IMG/VR virus record: IMGVR_UViG_3300022752_004478
Span: 1-61,129 of that record
Length of the DNA stretch: 61,129 nucleotides
Reading direction: 5' to 3' (one strand)
Source of the DNA: a virus
Taxonomy: Duplodnaviria; Caudoviricetes
Shown: piece by piece, positions 18,432 to 27,379 of the stretch
How positions within the stretch are numbered: position 1 is the stretch's first letter
How the letters are laid out: each line of letters begins with the position of its first letter
Notes under the pieces: generated by a model
Seen by the model: the letters and a program-made list of their open reading frames with translations, nothing else
Databases searched by the model: none
What the model was told of the DNA's origin: nothing
Made by a program: the position numbers and the translations under genes

Positions 18432-19260
18432 TTATTTTAAAAATAGGTTGTATTTCTTGATGTGGTGAAGTAATTTCATTAAAATTCATTTTATTTAAAT
18501 CAATAATAACACCATCTAAATACATTTCATTTAAATCTTCAGATGAATAATTATATTTTCTACCTGACAAATTTTTAAATGTTTCTTGAACTCTATTGAT
18601 TGGTGAATTAACAAGTTTACTATTCTTATATGATGAAATAATCATTTCAGGTTTAGTAAAATTAGATAAAAAAGCCTCAAATAAATTTGGATTAGCGTAT
18701 TCCAAAATTTCACAAAGATTCTTAATGTATTCAGTTTTAAATATATGCCCATCTAATGACATTGGATATGCATAATCATTCGTTCCATCTTTAACTTTCC
18801 AAGAAATTACAGGTTCAATTAAGTCTACATCATAAAAAAAATTATGTGTATTATAATTATTTAATTTATTCAATTTTTGCATTGTGTAACAATTAACAGT
18901 ATTTAATCCCAAACGCAATGAAAAACAATTTGCCTCCGTTAGCATAAAAATATTATGTAACTCATCATTATTTAACTTAAAAGGTTGATATATAATATCA
19001 TCATCAGTAAAAAATATGGTATATTTTGAATCATTAAAAAGCGATAAAACATCATTTTTAAAAGATTCTTCTTTTTTATATTTAAATTGTGGATATAAAT
19101 CCCTAATTGTATTATATCCTCTATTATATTCATCATTTGATGCTTTATAAAGAATATTTAATGTATAATCCTCAACATTAAAATTTAATAAAATAGACTC
19201 AAGCAATAAATGAAGTTGCATTGCTCTATCTTTTGAAAAAATAATTACGTTTAAAAGCAT
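18421..19260 (-). CDS. Putative GT-A fold glycosyltransferase
   Basis: IIFSKDRAMQL N-terminus, FFTDDDII, FSLRLG, YPMSLDGHIF. Confidence 0.6.
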   Translation of the reverse strand: MLLNVIIFSKDRAMQLHLLLESILLNFNVEDYTLNILYKASNDEYNRGYNTIRDLYPQFKYKKEESFKNDVLSLFNDSKYTIFFTDDDIIYQPFKLNNDELHNIFMLTEANCFSLRLGLNTVNCYTMQKLNKLNNYNTHNFFYDVDLIEPVISWKVKDGTNDYAYPMSLDGHIFKTEYIKNLCEILEYANPNLFEAFLSNFTKPEMIISSYKNSKLVNSPINRVQETFKNLSGRKYNYSSEDLNEMYLDGVIIDLNKMNFNEITSPHQEIQPIFKINAK

Positions 19261-19261
19261 A

Positions 19262-20218
19262 TTACTTATAAGTTTCAAATATCTCTAAAATACGATTTTT
19301 TTCCTGTTCTTCAGTATATAAACTTAATGTTTTCTCATAATTTGAGAAAAGTTTACTTTCATCAAGTTCATCATTAAAATATTTTTCAACAACTTCTTTT
19401 AATTTCTTTGCAAGTCCAAGGCAATCACCATTAGTGACCATAAACATATTCTCATTATCAACAGCGTAGTCTTTTACACCCATATCCCAACCAATAACAT
19501 GGGTATTCGCTGCCATTGATTCCAATGGTAATGTGGCCACACAAGCAATTTCATCGGTATAAAGTGTAAATGCTGATTCTGAAAGAAGTTTAGAAAATGT
19601 TGGTTTATCATATCCTCTTAAACGAAGAAATGGTATATGTTTAAATTTTGGACTAAGTGATTTAAACATATTTATTATAGTTAAAACTTTCATTTCATTT
19701 TCCTGTCCTCTACTTGAAAAACATATTCTTGGTTCTTTTTGTAATTTTTTATTAAAATATGTTGTATCTATTGAATAATTATATGTTTGAATAGTTAATC
19801 CTGGCATTATCTCATCAATATAATTTTTTAAATTTAATGAGGGTGTAATTACATTTGTAATACCCGATTCTTTCCAAGACTTTACTTTTGGCATTGAATT
19901 TAAAATATAAATCCAACTCTGTGCAAGAACGGTTCTCTTACACTTCATATTCTTCGTAGAATCAATCAAATTACCAAAACCTTCAGGTATTACCAATAAA
20001 TCATTTGAGTCGATTTTAAAGCTGTCTAGGTGGTTAATTCTAACCTTTGGAATATGTTCAATACTAAATTCCATCCAAGTTGGATTGAATGTCTCTTGAC
20101 CTTCATAAAGAAGAGTAACATCATAACCATTATCAGCAAGAATCTTTGCTTGCTTAAATAAAACACCCATTCCACCTGAAGGATGATTCAGGTTTGGGCA
20201 ATAATAATAAACTTTCAT
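19262..20218 (-). CDS. GT-B fold (GT4-like) glycosyltransferase
   Basis: PSGG, LVIPEGF, TLPLESMA; paralog of 1022-2095. Confidence 0.7.
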   Translation of the reverse strand: MKVYYYCPNLNHPSGGMGVLFKQAKILADNGYDVTLLYEGQETFNPTWMEFSIEHIPKVRINHLDSFKIDSNDLLVIPEGFGNLIDSTKNMKCKRTVLAQSWIYILNSMPKVKSWKESGITNVITPSLNLKNYIDEIMPGLTIQTYNYSIDTTYFNKKLQKEPRICFSSRGQENEMKVLTIINMFKSLSPKFKHIPFLRLRGYDKPTFSKLLSESAFTLYTDEIACVATLPLESMAANTHVIGWDMGVKDYAVDNENMFMVTNGDCLGLAKKLKEVVEKYFNDELDESKLFSNYEKTLSLYTEEQEKNRILEIFETYK

Positions 20219-20219
20219 T

Positions 20220-20417
20220 TTAAAAGGGGATTTCTAAACCAAATGTTTCAATAATTTTGTAGTCAGAGTTAAAATTATCAATTAAATATGTTTTTTTAGG
20301 TTTATGTTTTAAATCCAAAAATTCAATATAATAAGTTTCTTTTGTTTTTTCCAAAAGTTTTATTTTTCTAGGTTGACCAGAAGATTCTTTCACGATATAT
20401 ACATTTCCTATTTCCAT
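20220..20417 (-). CDS. Hypothetical protein
   Basis: 65-aa ORF abutting the next gene, co-oriented. Confidence 0.6.
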   Translation of the reverse strand: MEIGNVYIVKESSGQPRKIKLLEKTKETYYIEFLDLKHKPKKTYLIDNFNSDYKIIETFGLEIPF

Positions 20418-20437
20418 AATATAAATATATTATATTT

Positions 20438-21115
20438 TTAATTAAACTTTGGATTCTGAACTTCTTTATCAGATGCTTCTACACCCCATGCGCTAACGAT
20501 TAAATAACCGTTTTTAACAGGTTGAAGAACAATTGGGTCATCTTTTACGATATCAACCAATTTATGACCTTGAACCCTTGCATTTTTCATGTTTAATTGG
20601 TCTTTTGTAGCAATAATTAAAAGTCCTGTACCTGTTGTATATTGAGATTCTTTGGTATATGAATTTGCAATGTCAATTTTATCAACTTTAAAATTAATAA
20701 TTTCTTTTTGATTTCTTTCGGGAATGCTTCCAATAAATCTATCAACATTTGTTAATAGTAAACCATATTTTTCACATATTCTAACTACCGAATCTTCATT
20801 TATAAACTTATTAAATGGGTATTTAAATGAATAATAGTCAATGGTTTGTTTAGTTTTCTTTGATTGTTCAATTTTTTGAATCTCTTCCTTATGTTCTTTA
20901 ATATTTTTTTCACTATTGAAACCCAAACTCATTAACTTTTCATAATCCTTCGCCTTTGATTCATCAATAGGTGTTTGTAGTATTAATTCAGCTTCTTTTA
21001 GAAGTAAATCATGTGCAGAATATACTTCATTGTGAATATCTTCAATTAATTCTACATTTGATTTTTCATCAAACATTGGGTCTAATTTAACATTTTTAGG
21101 AAGAATAGTTCTCAT
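20438..21115 (-). CDS. Hypothetical phage protein
   Basis: 225-aa ORF ending DPIVLQPVKNGYLIVSAWG; CTATTTA motif 13 nt upstream. Confidence 0.65.
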   Translation of the reverse strand: MRTILPKNVKLDPMFDEKSNVELIEDIHNEVYSAHDLLLKEAELILQTPIDESKAKDYEKLMSLGFNSEKNIKEHKEEIQKIEQSKKTKQTIDYYSFKYPFNKFINEDSVVRICEKYGLLLTNVDRFIGSIPERNQKEIINFKVDKIDIANSYTKESQYTTGTGLLIIATKDQLNMKNARVQGHKLVDIVKDDPIVLQPVKNGYLIVSAWGVEASDKEVQNPKFN

Positions 21116-21128
21116 ATGTATTTTAGTA

Positions 21129-21135
21129 TAAATAG
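21129..21135 (-). promoter_or_regulatory. Putative phage promoter motif CTATTTA
   Basis: Coding-strand CTATTTA in a short intergenic gap, 13 nt upstream of ATG 21115. Confidence 0.5.
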
Positions 21136-21143
21136 TTTACAAC

Positions 21144-21515
21144 TTAAAAAGTTTCAATAAAAATATTTAAATAAAGAATGATTTTTTCTTCATCATAAGA
21201 GTATAAAACATGTTTATGGTCTGATATAAACCTATCAAAAGATTTAACTAAATAAATTTCATTTAGATAGTTATTTCTAGCATATAGTTCAAAGAATAAA
21301 TCATAGATAAAGTTTATAATTCTTTTTGAATTTCTAAGTTCTTTTCTATTATAGAAATTATTATAAATATAATTATGCATTGATTCAAGTTTCAATGCAA
21401 CATGTTGATTTGGCAAATCAAGCATTAAATCTTGTTTCCATCTTTGTAAAGCAAGAACACCCTCTTTTGTAGAGGGTGTTTTTGTTCTATAAAAATATAG
21501 ACTATTATCTATCAT
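21144..21515 (-). CDS. Hypothetical protein
   Basis: 123-aa ORF overlapping the helicase stop (ATGA). Confidence 0.6.
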   Translation of the reverse strand: MIDNSLYFYRTKTPSTKEGVLALQRWKQDLMLDLPNQHVALKLESMHNYIYNNFYNRKELRNSKRIINFIYDLFFELYARNNYLNEIYLVKSFDRFISDHKHVLYSYDEEKIILYLNIFIETF

Positions 21516-22969
21516 AGTGATTTTAATAAATCTAATTCTGATTTTTTAGCCATATTTTCAACAAGAAGTTGTCTTGTATCTTGAACTTCTTCATATTCGC
21601 TATCAATGATTTCATCATCATCAAATTCTTCAATAACAGAGCCTGTTGGTAATGATAATTCAAATCTCATGTGTGCTGTATCAAAGAATGAGTCTTCAAA
21701 CAAATGACCTGATGGTGATATATTTGATTTAGCAAGGTGAAATGTTGCACGATTATTATTTCTATCATCGCTATCACGGCCAATAGTTAATACTACTTGT
21801 GCTTTTTTAACTTTTGCGACAGAACCGCCTGAATCATTCAAATCTAGAATTTTCTTATTATTTGATTCTTTTTTTGCTTGAGTTGCTGTCCATCCGCATA
21901 TATCAAATTCAACAAGCATATCAAGTATAGCAGCAACAACTTCTTTTTCTCCTTGGTATGGATTATTTTGATTTGATAGGTGAGATATCATTTCATCGAC
22001 ATAATCAATGTTAATCATATCGAATTTATAACCGACCTTTTGTTGATATTTAATAATCCAATTTTTTAGTTTTGGAACTGTCATTTCATTGGATGGGAAT
22101 CGCATAATTTTTATTAGGCCAAGGTTTTTGCCTTTAATTTTTGCTATTTCTTCTTTTGCTCTTAGAGTTGCTTTTTCGGGGTCTTTTTGTGCATCTCTAA
22201 AACTAAGACCTGTAAGTGCTGTTGATACAAGTAGTTTCACATCTCTAATTTCATTTTCACCAAAAATTACATGAAGTACTTTTTTTCCTTGTTTAAATGA
22301 ATTTACTGTAAAATTGGTTAATATTGTAGATTTTCCTACTCCTTGACCTGCTAGAATCATTCCCAATTTACCTTTAGGTAGACCTGTAATGATATTATCA
22401 AGTTGTTCAAGACCTGTTGATATAAAGTCTCTATAACGCTGTGTAAATAGTGTTTCATCGAAATCTTCAACATCATCGGGGTCATCATCTTCGGTTCCTA
22501 TATTGATAATTTTTCTTATTTTTTCCAAAACATTATCAAGAAGAAGCAGGTCATTGCTTTCTACAATATTTTTAATATCTCCTTCTGAAAGATTTTTTAG
22601 TTCTTGAACTTGAATAAATGCATTTGTTGTTTTTTTAATGAATTCAAAGTCATTCCTTTCTTTACCATCTAAAAGATTTTTATAATCTTTATGGATATTT
22701 GATAATTCATTTATCCAAGCATCTTTTTGTTCTTTTGTATGATTTTTATTTGCTTTTATGATTTCGCCAATATTACGCAATGTTGGCAAATTATTATATT
22801 CTTCTACATATTGTTTAACTAGTGAGAATATAATTTTATGTTTTTCTTCTGTGAAGTGGTTTGATTCAAGTTTTGTTACTACATCTTTTGGGAAATCGCT
22901 ATAAAAAATGTGAAATAAGATTCTTCTCTGATGTCTATCAGAGCCAAGAGAAAGCATGTTGTTACGCAT
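21512..22969 (-). CDS. dnaB: DnaB/gp41-like replicative helicase
   Basis: ISTGLEQLD, AGQGVGKST Walker A, IDYVD Walker B, WTATQ. Confidence 0.88.
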   Translation of the reverse strand: MRNNMLSLGSDRHQRRILFHIFYSDFPKDVVTKLESNHFTEEKHKIIFSLVKQYVEEYNNLPTLRNIGEIIKANKNHTKEQKDAWINELSNIHKDYKNLLDGKERNDFEFIKKTTNAFIQVQELKNLSEGDIKNIVESNDLLLLDNVLEKIRKIINIGTEDDDPDDVEDFDETLFTQRYRDFISTGLEQLDNIITGLPKGKLGMILAGQGVGKSTILTNFTVNSFKQGKKVLHVIFGENEIRDVKLLVSTALTGLSFRDAQKDPEKATLRAKEEIAKIKGKNLGLIKIMRFPSNEMTVPKLKNWIIKYQQKVGYKFDMINIDYVDEMISHLSNQNNPYQGEKEVVAAILDMLVEFDICGWTATQAKKESNNKKILDLNDSGGSVAKVKKAQVVLTIGRDSDDRNNNRATFHLAKSNISPSGHLFEDSFFDTAHMRFELSLPTGSVIEEFDDDEIIDSEYEEVQDTRQLLVENMAKKSELDLLKSL

Positions 22970-22985
22970 TATTGTTATTTAGAAA

Positions 22986-23783
22986 TTAGTTGTAAGAATA
23001 ATCGATTTTAAGAAGTTTTTTCTTTTCTTCTTGTGATAAAACTTTTAATTCATTGTATGAAATTTCATGTTTTTCCATAATTTGATAATCATTATATTGT
23101 GCATCGATATCTGCCTTTTTTATATGTGTTTTTATTACATTGCATATTTCATTATTTATTTTAATGAATTCTTCTGATAAGATAGAATCTGGATTAAAAT
23201 TAAAAACTGTAAATTTTCTTTGAATTATATAATTTTCATTAAGGTATAATGCAAAATCAAATTGTAGTTCTTCAATAAATTCAATTTGTTTAATTTTTGT
23301 AAATGGTATTGTTGATTTTGCTTGAATATCAAACAAAGAATCATTATTTACTTGAAGATTTTTCTTATAAAACAGTTCATTTGTATTATCTTTTAAAGAT
23401 ACAACAATCATATATTTATCATTAATTCTATTAAGATTTGTATCAATGGTATTTTTATTTATATTTTTATCAATAAGTGATGATGTATATGTTTTATGTT
23501 TATCTTTAAGGTATTGCCATCTATAATTTAATTTCTTATCCCTTAAATCATCAATTTTAATAGTTATTGGTTTATTATTACTATCAATACCAACATAATA
23601 TTTATTTGAAAGTTTTTGTGTTGGTATTGATAAAACTTTTTGTAAAACTTTTCTTATTTCAGGTACAAGTTCTTTAATATTTACTGTTTGTCTAACTATT
23701 GTGTTATAACAATCAGCATCAAATATTCTTTCTGATAGAATGTTTCCTTTGTAAGAAATTGAGAACTTAAAATAATTATTCAT
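22986..23783 (-). CDS. Hypothetical protein
   Basis: Long ORF between exonuclease and helicase; likely start MNNYFKF. Confidence 0.65.
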   Translation of the reverse strand: MNNYFKFSISYKGNILSERIFDADCYNTIVRQTVNIKELVPEIRKVLQKVLSIPTQKLSNKYYVGIDSNNKPITIKIDDLRDKKLNYRWQYLKDKHKTYTSSLIDKNINKNTIDTNLNRINDKYMIVVSLKDNTNELFYKKNLQVNNDSLFDIQAKSTIPFTKIKQIEFIEELQFDFALYLNENYIIQRKFTVFNFNPDSILSEEFIKINNEICNVIKTHIKKADIDAQYNDYQIMEKHEISYNELKVLSQEEKKKLLKIDYSYN

Positions 23784-23797
23784 TGCTTTGTATTTAA

Positions 23798-24877
23798 TCA
23801 AATATGCGTGTTTTTTTTATAAAAATCCTTTTCTCTGATAATAACAGGATAAAAAGGTTCATGGAATCTTATGAAATCTGCATTAAAATTTTGAAGAAAT
23901 GAATCTTCTGACATCATTTTTAATAAATTTTCTTCACCCCTGCCATTTGGGTCCAATGGTTCTTCTGCAACTAAACAAAGTTCTGCCATTGCCTCCTTTG
24001 TTAAGAAAGGCTCAAGTAAATTAATTATCTTATAATTGAGTTTATATTGTTCTAAACCTACCTTACCAAATGTTTTGAAAATACCTTCATAAATATTTTC
24101 AAGAACTTTAAGAGGTTTCTTTTTATTATTAATCCTTTGTTCATTTATATCTCTTGCCTCTTTAATTATTGTGGCTGCTTTAACTTTTTGGGTTTGAATT
24201 TTTGGAAAATATTTAATAAGTGTATTTTCACCCAAACCATCAATACCACTAATATTATCAGAATCATCGCCACACATAGTTTTAATAATTGTAAGATTAG
24301 TGTAATGATGTTTAAAAAGAAGATAGTAATTTTTTTTAGTAACATTCTGTTTTAAATTAGCTAAATAAACAGAAACATTATCATATTCTAATAATTGACA
24401 AATATCTCTATCATTTGTATAAATAGTTATATTCTCTTTATAATGATACTTTTGACAGTAATATGAAATCATATCATCAGATTCAATTTTATCAACTTGA
24501 ACCTGCCTTATGAATAATTCCTCAAGATAATTTTTTACTCTAACCATTTGCCAAAGATATGATTCTTTCTCCTGCTGTTGTTTTCTAATCTCAGCAGGTG
24601 TTAAGTCAATCTTTTTATACCATTCTTTTCCTTCACGATTGGCTTTATATTCATTGTAAATATCATATCTTAATTTACCTGAATTCTCTCCATCCCAAAA
24701 CACAACAACTTTGTTAATATTTTGGGAACGGATGAGACTTCGGGTTTGTATTATAAATTGATAAAGACCACCTATGTGCCGTTCTCCATTAAATGTGTGT
24801 TTTGCACCATTAAATGAACGCTTCATTAAGTAATTACCATCAATTAATAATGTATTTACAGAGAATTTATATACCAT
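23798..24877 (-). CDS. 5'-3' exonuclease / flap endonuclease (PolI N-terminal or T4 RNase H-like)
   Basis: LLIDGN, VFWDG, YKANR, ESDD, DRDICQL, GDDSDNISGIDGLG. Confidence 0.92.
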   Translation of the reverse strand: MVYKFSVNTLLIDGNYLMKRSFNGAKHTFNGERHIGGLYQFIIQTRSLIRSQNINKVVVFWDGENSGKLRYDIYNEYKANREGKEWYKKIDLTPAEIRKQQQEKESYLWQMVRVKNYLEELFIRQVQVDKIESDDMISYYCQKYHYKENITIYTNDRDICQLLEYDNVSVYLANLKQNVTKKNYYLLFKHHYTNLTIIKTMCGDDSDNISGIDGLGENTLIKYFPKIQTQKVKAATIIKEARDINEQRINNKKKPLKVLENIYEGIFKTFGKVGLEQYKLNYKIINLLEPFLTKEAMAELCLVAEEPLDPNGRGEENLLKMMSEDSFLQNFNADFIRFHEPFYPVIIREKDFYKKNTHI

Positions 24878-25923
24878 TATTCATCATTAGCTTCTTCAAC
24901 AGTTTCAATTTCTTCCATTGAAGCTGCTTCCAAATATTCAAGAAACTGATTTGAATGTTCTTCTAAATATTTTTTTTCATCTTCTTCAAGAATAAATCCT
25001 TCTGCGGTAATAATTAATTTACCTCTTGTTGATAGATTTGTTACATGATTTTTCTTTACTTCAACTTTTGTTCTAGTACCCCAAACAATTTCTTTGCCTT
25101 TCTTTTTAAGTTTCATTAAAGATGTACCTGAATTAGTGTCATTACCAAAATTAATAACAATAGCTGAATCTTGTGGTAATGATTTTCCACCTTTTGGTGT
25201 CAATTTTGGTAGTTGACCATATGTTTGTGGTAATTCGGTCCAAGGTTGTACAATAGAAAATAAAGTATTAGTATGTGTATTTTTTTCAGCAATACTCATA
25301 TTAATTCTTGGAATTACGGATGCACCGAATTCATGTGCTAATGCAGTTGCAACCCATTGAGGATTAAACTGATTATCATTTTTAACACCTTTATCACAAT
25401 TTAATTTACCAATAGAATCAATTAAAAATAGAATATCATATGGTAATTTACCTGATTCTTGGTCATCCATAAATTTATGCATTAATTTTGCAAGTTCTTC
25501 TACTGTGTTAAAATTGTTTCTGTCACAATAGATGAAAAATCCATCATAAGATACTGCACCTGTTTCTTCATCAATGATTTCTTCTACTTCAAAACCCATT
25601 TTTATGGCATGTTCCCACCTATGTTTTTGTTCGGTAATTAAGAAAATTGGTAGAATTCCCATTTTTTGTGCTGAAATAGCTGCTTCAAGCATCAATGTGC
25701 TTTTGCCTGTTGATTCATATCCTGTAACAACATGGCTATGTGACATACACAAACCTTTAAGTCCTGTAATTTGCATAAATGCAGGAGAAACAGGAATCCA
25801 CTTTTCGGGTTTATTTTTATGTGATACGCTAATTTTTTTGTCTTTTTTGTAATCAGACAAAGAAAATTCTTTCTTTTTTATTGGTTTTTTTTCTTCAGGG
25901 TTATCTGATAATGTTCTAGCCAT
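24877..25923 (-). CDS. recA: RecA/UvsX-like recombinase
   Basis: GYESTGKST Walker A, LIDSIG Walker B, PKGGK, KVEVKKNH. Confidence 0.82.
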   Translation of the reverse strand: MARTLSDNPEEKKPIKKKEFSLSDYKKDKKISVSHKNKPEKWIPVSPAFMQITGLKGLCMSHSHVVTGYESTGKSTLMLEAAISAQKMGILPIFLITEQKHRWEHAIKMGFEVEEIIDEETGAVSYDGFFIYCDRNNFNTVEELAKLMHKFMDDQESGKLPYDILFLIDSIGKLNCDKGVKNDNQFNPQWVATALAHEFGASVIPRINMSIAEKNTHTNTLFSIVQPWTELPQTYGQLPKLTPKGGKSLPQDSAIVINFGNDTNSGTSLMKLKKKGKEIVWGTRTKVEVKKNHVTNLSTRGKLIITAEGFILEEDEKKYLEEHSNQFLEYLEAASMEEIETVEEANDE

Positions 25924-25949
25924 AATAAATTATTTTAATTTTCAATTAT

Positions 25950-26011
25950 AAAAAAAGGGTACGACAAAAACAAACAACTAGTGGAGAATTTGAATGTTAT
26001 GCCGTACCCTT
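25950..26011 (-). terminator. Putative intrinsic terminator with unusually large loop
   Basis: Minus strand AAGGGTACGGC-N35-GTCGTACCCTT followed by a T-run, just downstream of 26024-26911. Confidence 0.6.
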
Positions 26012-26023
26012 ATTACCCTTCAA

Positions 26024-26911
26024 TTAGAAAGGTAATTCGTCATCGTCCTCGTCACCAACTGTAGAAACTATTGGTGTTTTTGTGCTTACATTACTGACTG
26101 TTGCTTTTTGAGTATCAACAGGAGAAACAGATGACATTTCAAAATCCGCTTCAGTATCATCCTCATCAACAAAGATTTGAGACTGATTCAATGAATTATT
26201 CATAGATGCGGATTTATTTTCGCCAATATCATATGTAGCGTTTTTAATTGCTTCATTGATAAGTTCAATTTCTTTTAAGAAGAAATCTTGTTGTTTTTTT
26301 CTATTGTCAATGGTAACCATTTCTCCATCAACTTTTTTGGTTACTTCAAAAGAAGGAATATCCTTTGCATTATATTTCCAATCAACCTTTGTTGAATCTT
26401 CCATATATACACCAAAGTTTTTACTTCCTGATATCCAATTTTTTGAACATCTTAAAGCAAGATTAAATCTTTTGGTTTCTGTTTTATCGACAGACTGAGA
26501 GATGTATAGTTTAACATATCCAAGTCTATCATTAGCAGCCAACCAAGCAAGAGAATTTACAAATCCAAAGATGTATGTACTTACTCTTTTATCTTGTGAA
26601 ATGAATGGTAAATCAAGTACAAATATTTCACCACAATCATCGGTGAATTCAAAATTCACCTTTGGATTAGGTACTTTTGTTCCATCTGTTCTTGTAATTA
26701 CATTATCAATAAGTGGTGTGATTTTGGTCAAATACCCATAAAAAGGTTTAGGATAGTTGTTTTGGTCAACCATCGGAACCTTTTCATAATGACCATCATT
26801 GTTTCTCTTGTTTACAACGAAAAATTTCGATGTGATTTTGTTGTCATTTGACTTTGTTGAACCCAATGACATGTAGGTTCTGTTTTTTCTTTCGGATGAT
26901 TCAAATCCCAT
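26024..26911 (-). CDS. Putative single-stranded DNA-binding protein
   Basis: Upstream of recombinase; low-complexity linker and acidic C-tail DEDDDELPF typical of SSBs; no fold recognised directly. Confidence 0.55.
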   Translation of the reverse strand: MGFESSERKNRTYMSLGSTKSNDNKITSKFFVVNKRNNDGHYEKVPMVDQNNYPKPFYGYLTKITPLIDNVITRTDGTKVPNPKVNFEFTDDCGEIFVLDLPFISQDKRVSTYIFGFVNSLAWLAANDRLGYVKLYISQSVDKTETKRFNLALRCSKNWISGSKNFGVYMEDSTKVDWKYNAKDIPSFEVTKKVDGEMVTIDNRKKQQDFFLKEIELINEAIKNATYDIGENKSASMNNSLNQSQIFVDEDDTEADFEMSSVSPVDTQKATVSNVSTKTPIVSTVGDEDDDELPF

Positions 26912-26955
26912 AATGTTAAAAATTTAAAATTGTTAAAAATTAGTTATTGTTTAAA

Positions 26956-26982
26956 CAAATATATATGTTTTTTTGTAAATAG
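26956..26982 (-). promoter_or_regulatory. Tandem promoter motifs: CTATTTA (26976-26982) and TATATTTG (26956-26963)
   Basis: Both motifs on the coding strand in the intergenic gap upstream of 26911. Confidence 0.5.
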
Positions 26983-27003
26983 TCCGTTTTTAGTGAAAAA
27001 AAA

Positions 27004-27378
27004 TTAAAGATTTGGGTTTTCCCTCCTTTTTTCGTTCACAATATGTATGTAATCATGGTGTATTTTTTCTTTAGTTGTAAATCCATATCTTACCATATTT
27101 GCTGCATCTTGTTCTTCTAATGTTTTAAATAAATTAAAATTTTTAATAACAAAATCATATTGTGTTTTTGTCGGTATATAATTCCCACCTGCTGAACTAT
27201 AATCAAATTTACTTTTTGAGCGTCTTTTTTCTTCTTTTTCTTTTTTTCTTTTTTCGTATGCATCCTTTTCTATTGGGTCTTGCATTTTAGTAGCAAATGC
27301 TTTCCTCTGTGCTGCGGATGGTTTCCACTTATACGCTTCTTTTAGTATTATATGTTTTATATATTCTTTAATATTCAT
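27004..27378 (-). CDS. Hypothetical basic protein
   Basis: 124-aa ORF coupled to upstream gene. Confidence 0.65.
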   Translation of the reverse strand: MNIKEYIKHIILKEAYKWKPSAAQRKAFATKMQDPIEKDAYEKRKKEKEEKRRSKSKFDYSSAGGNYIPTKTQYDFVIKNFNLFKTLEEQDAANMVRYGFTTKEKIHHDYIHIVNEKRRENPNL

Positions 27379-27379
27379 T

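Noticed and set aside
6853-20218. Bacterial chromosomal O-antigen or capsule locus
   Set aside because: No wzx/wzy/wza or ABC exporter recognised, and the island is tightly packed among phage replication genes
21512-25923. Additional inteins in helicase or RecA Walker A motifs
   Set aside because: Both P-loops are continuous (GVGKST, STGKST) and protein lengths are normal
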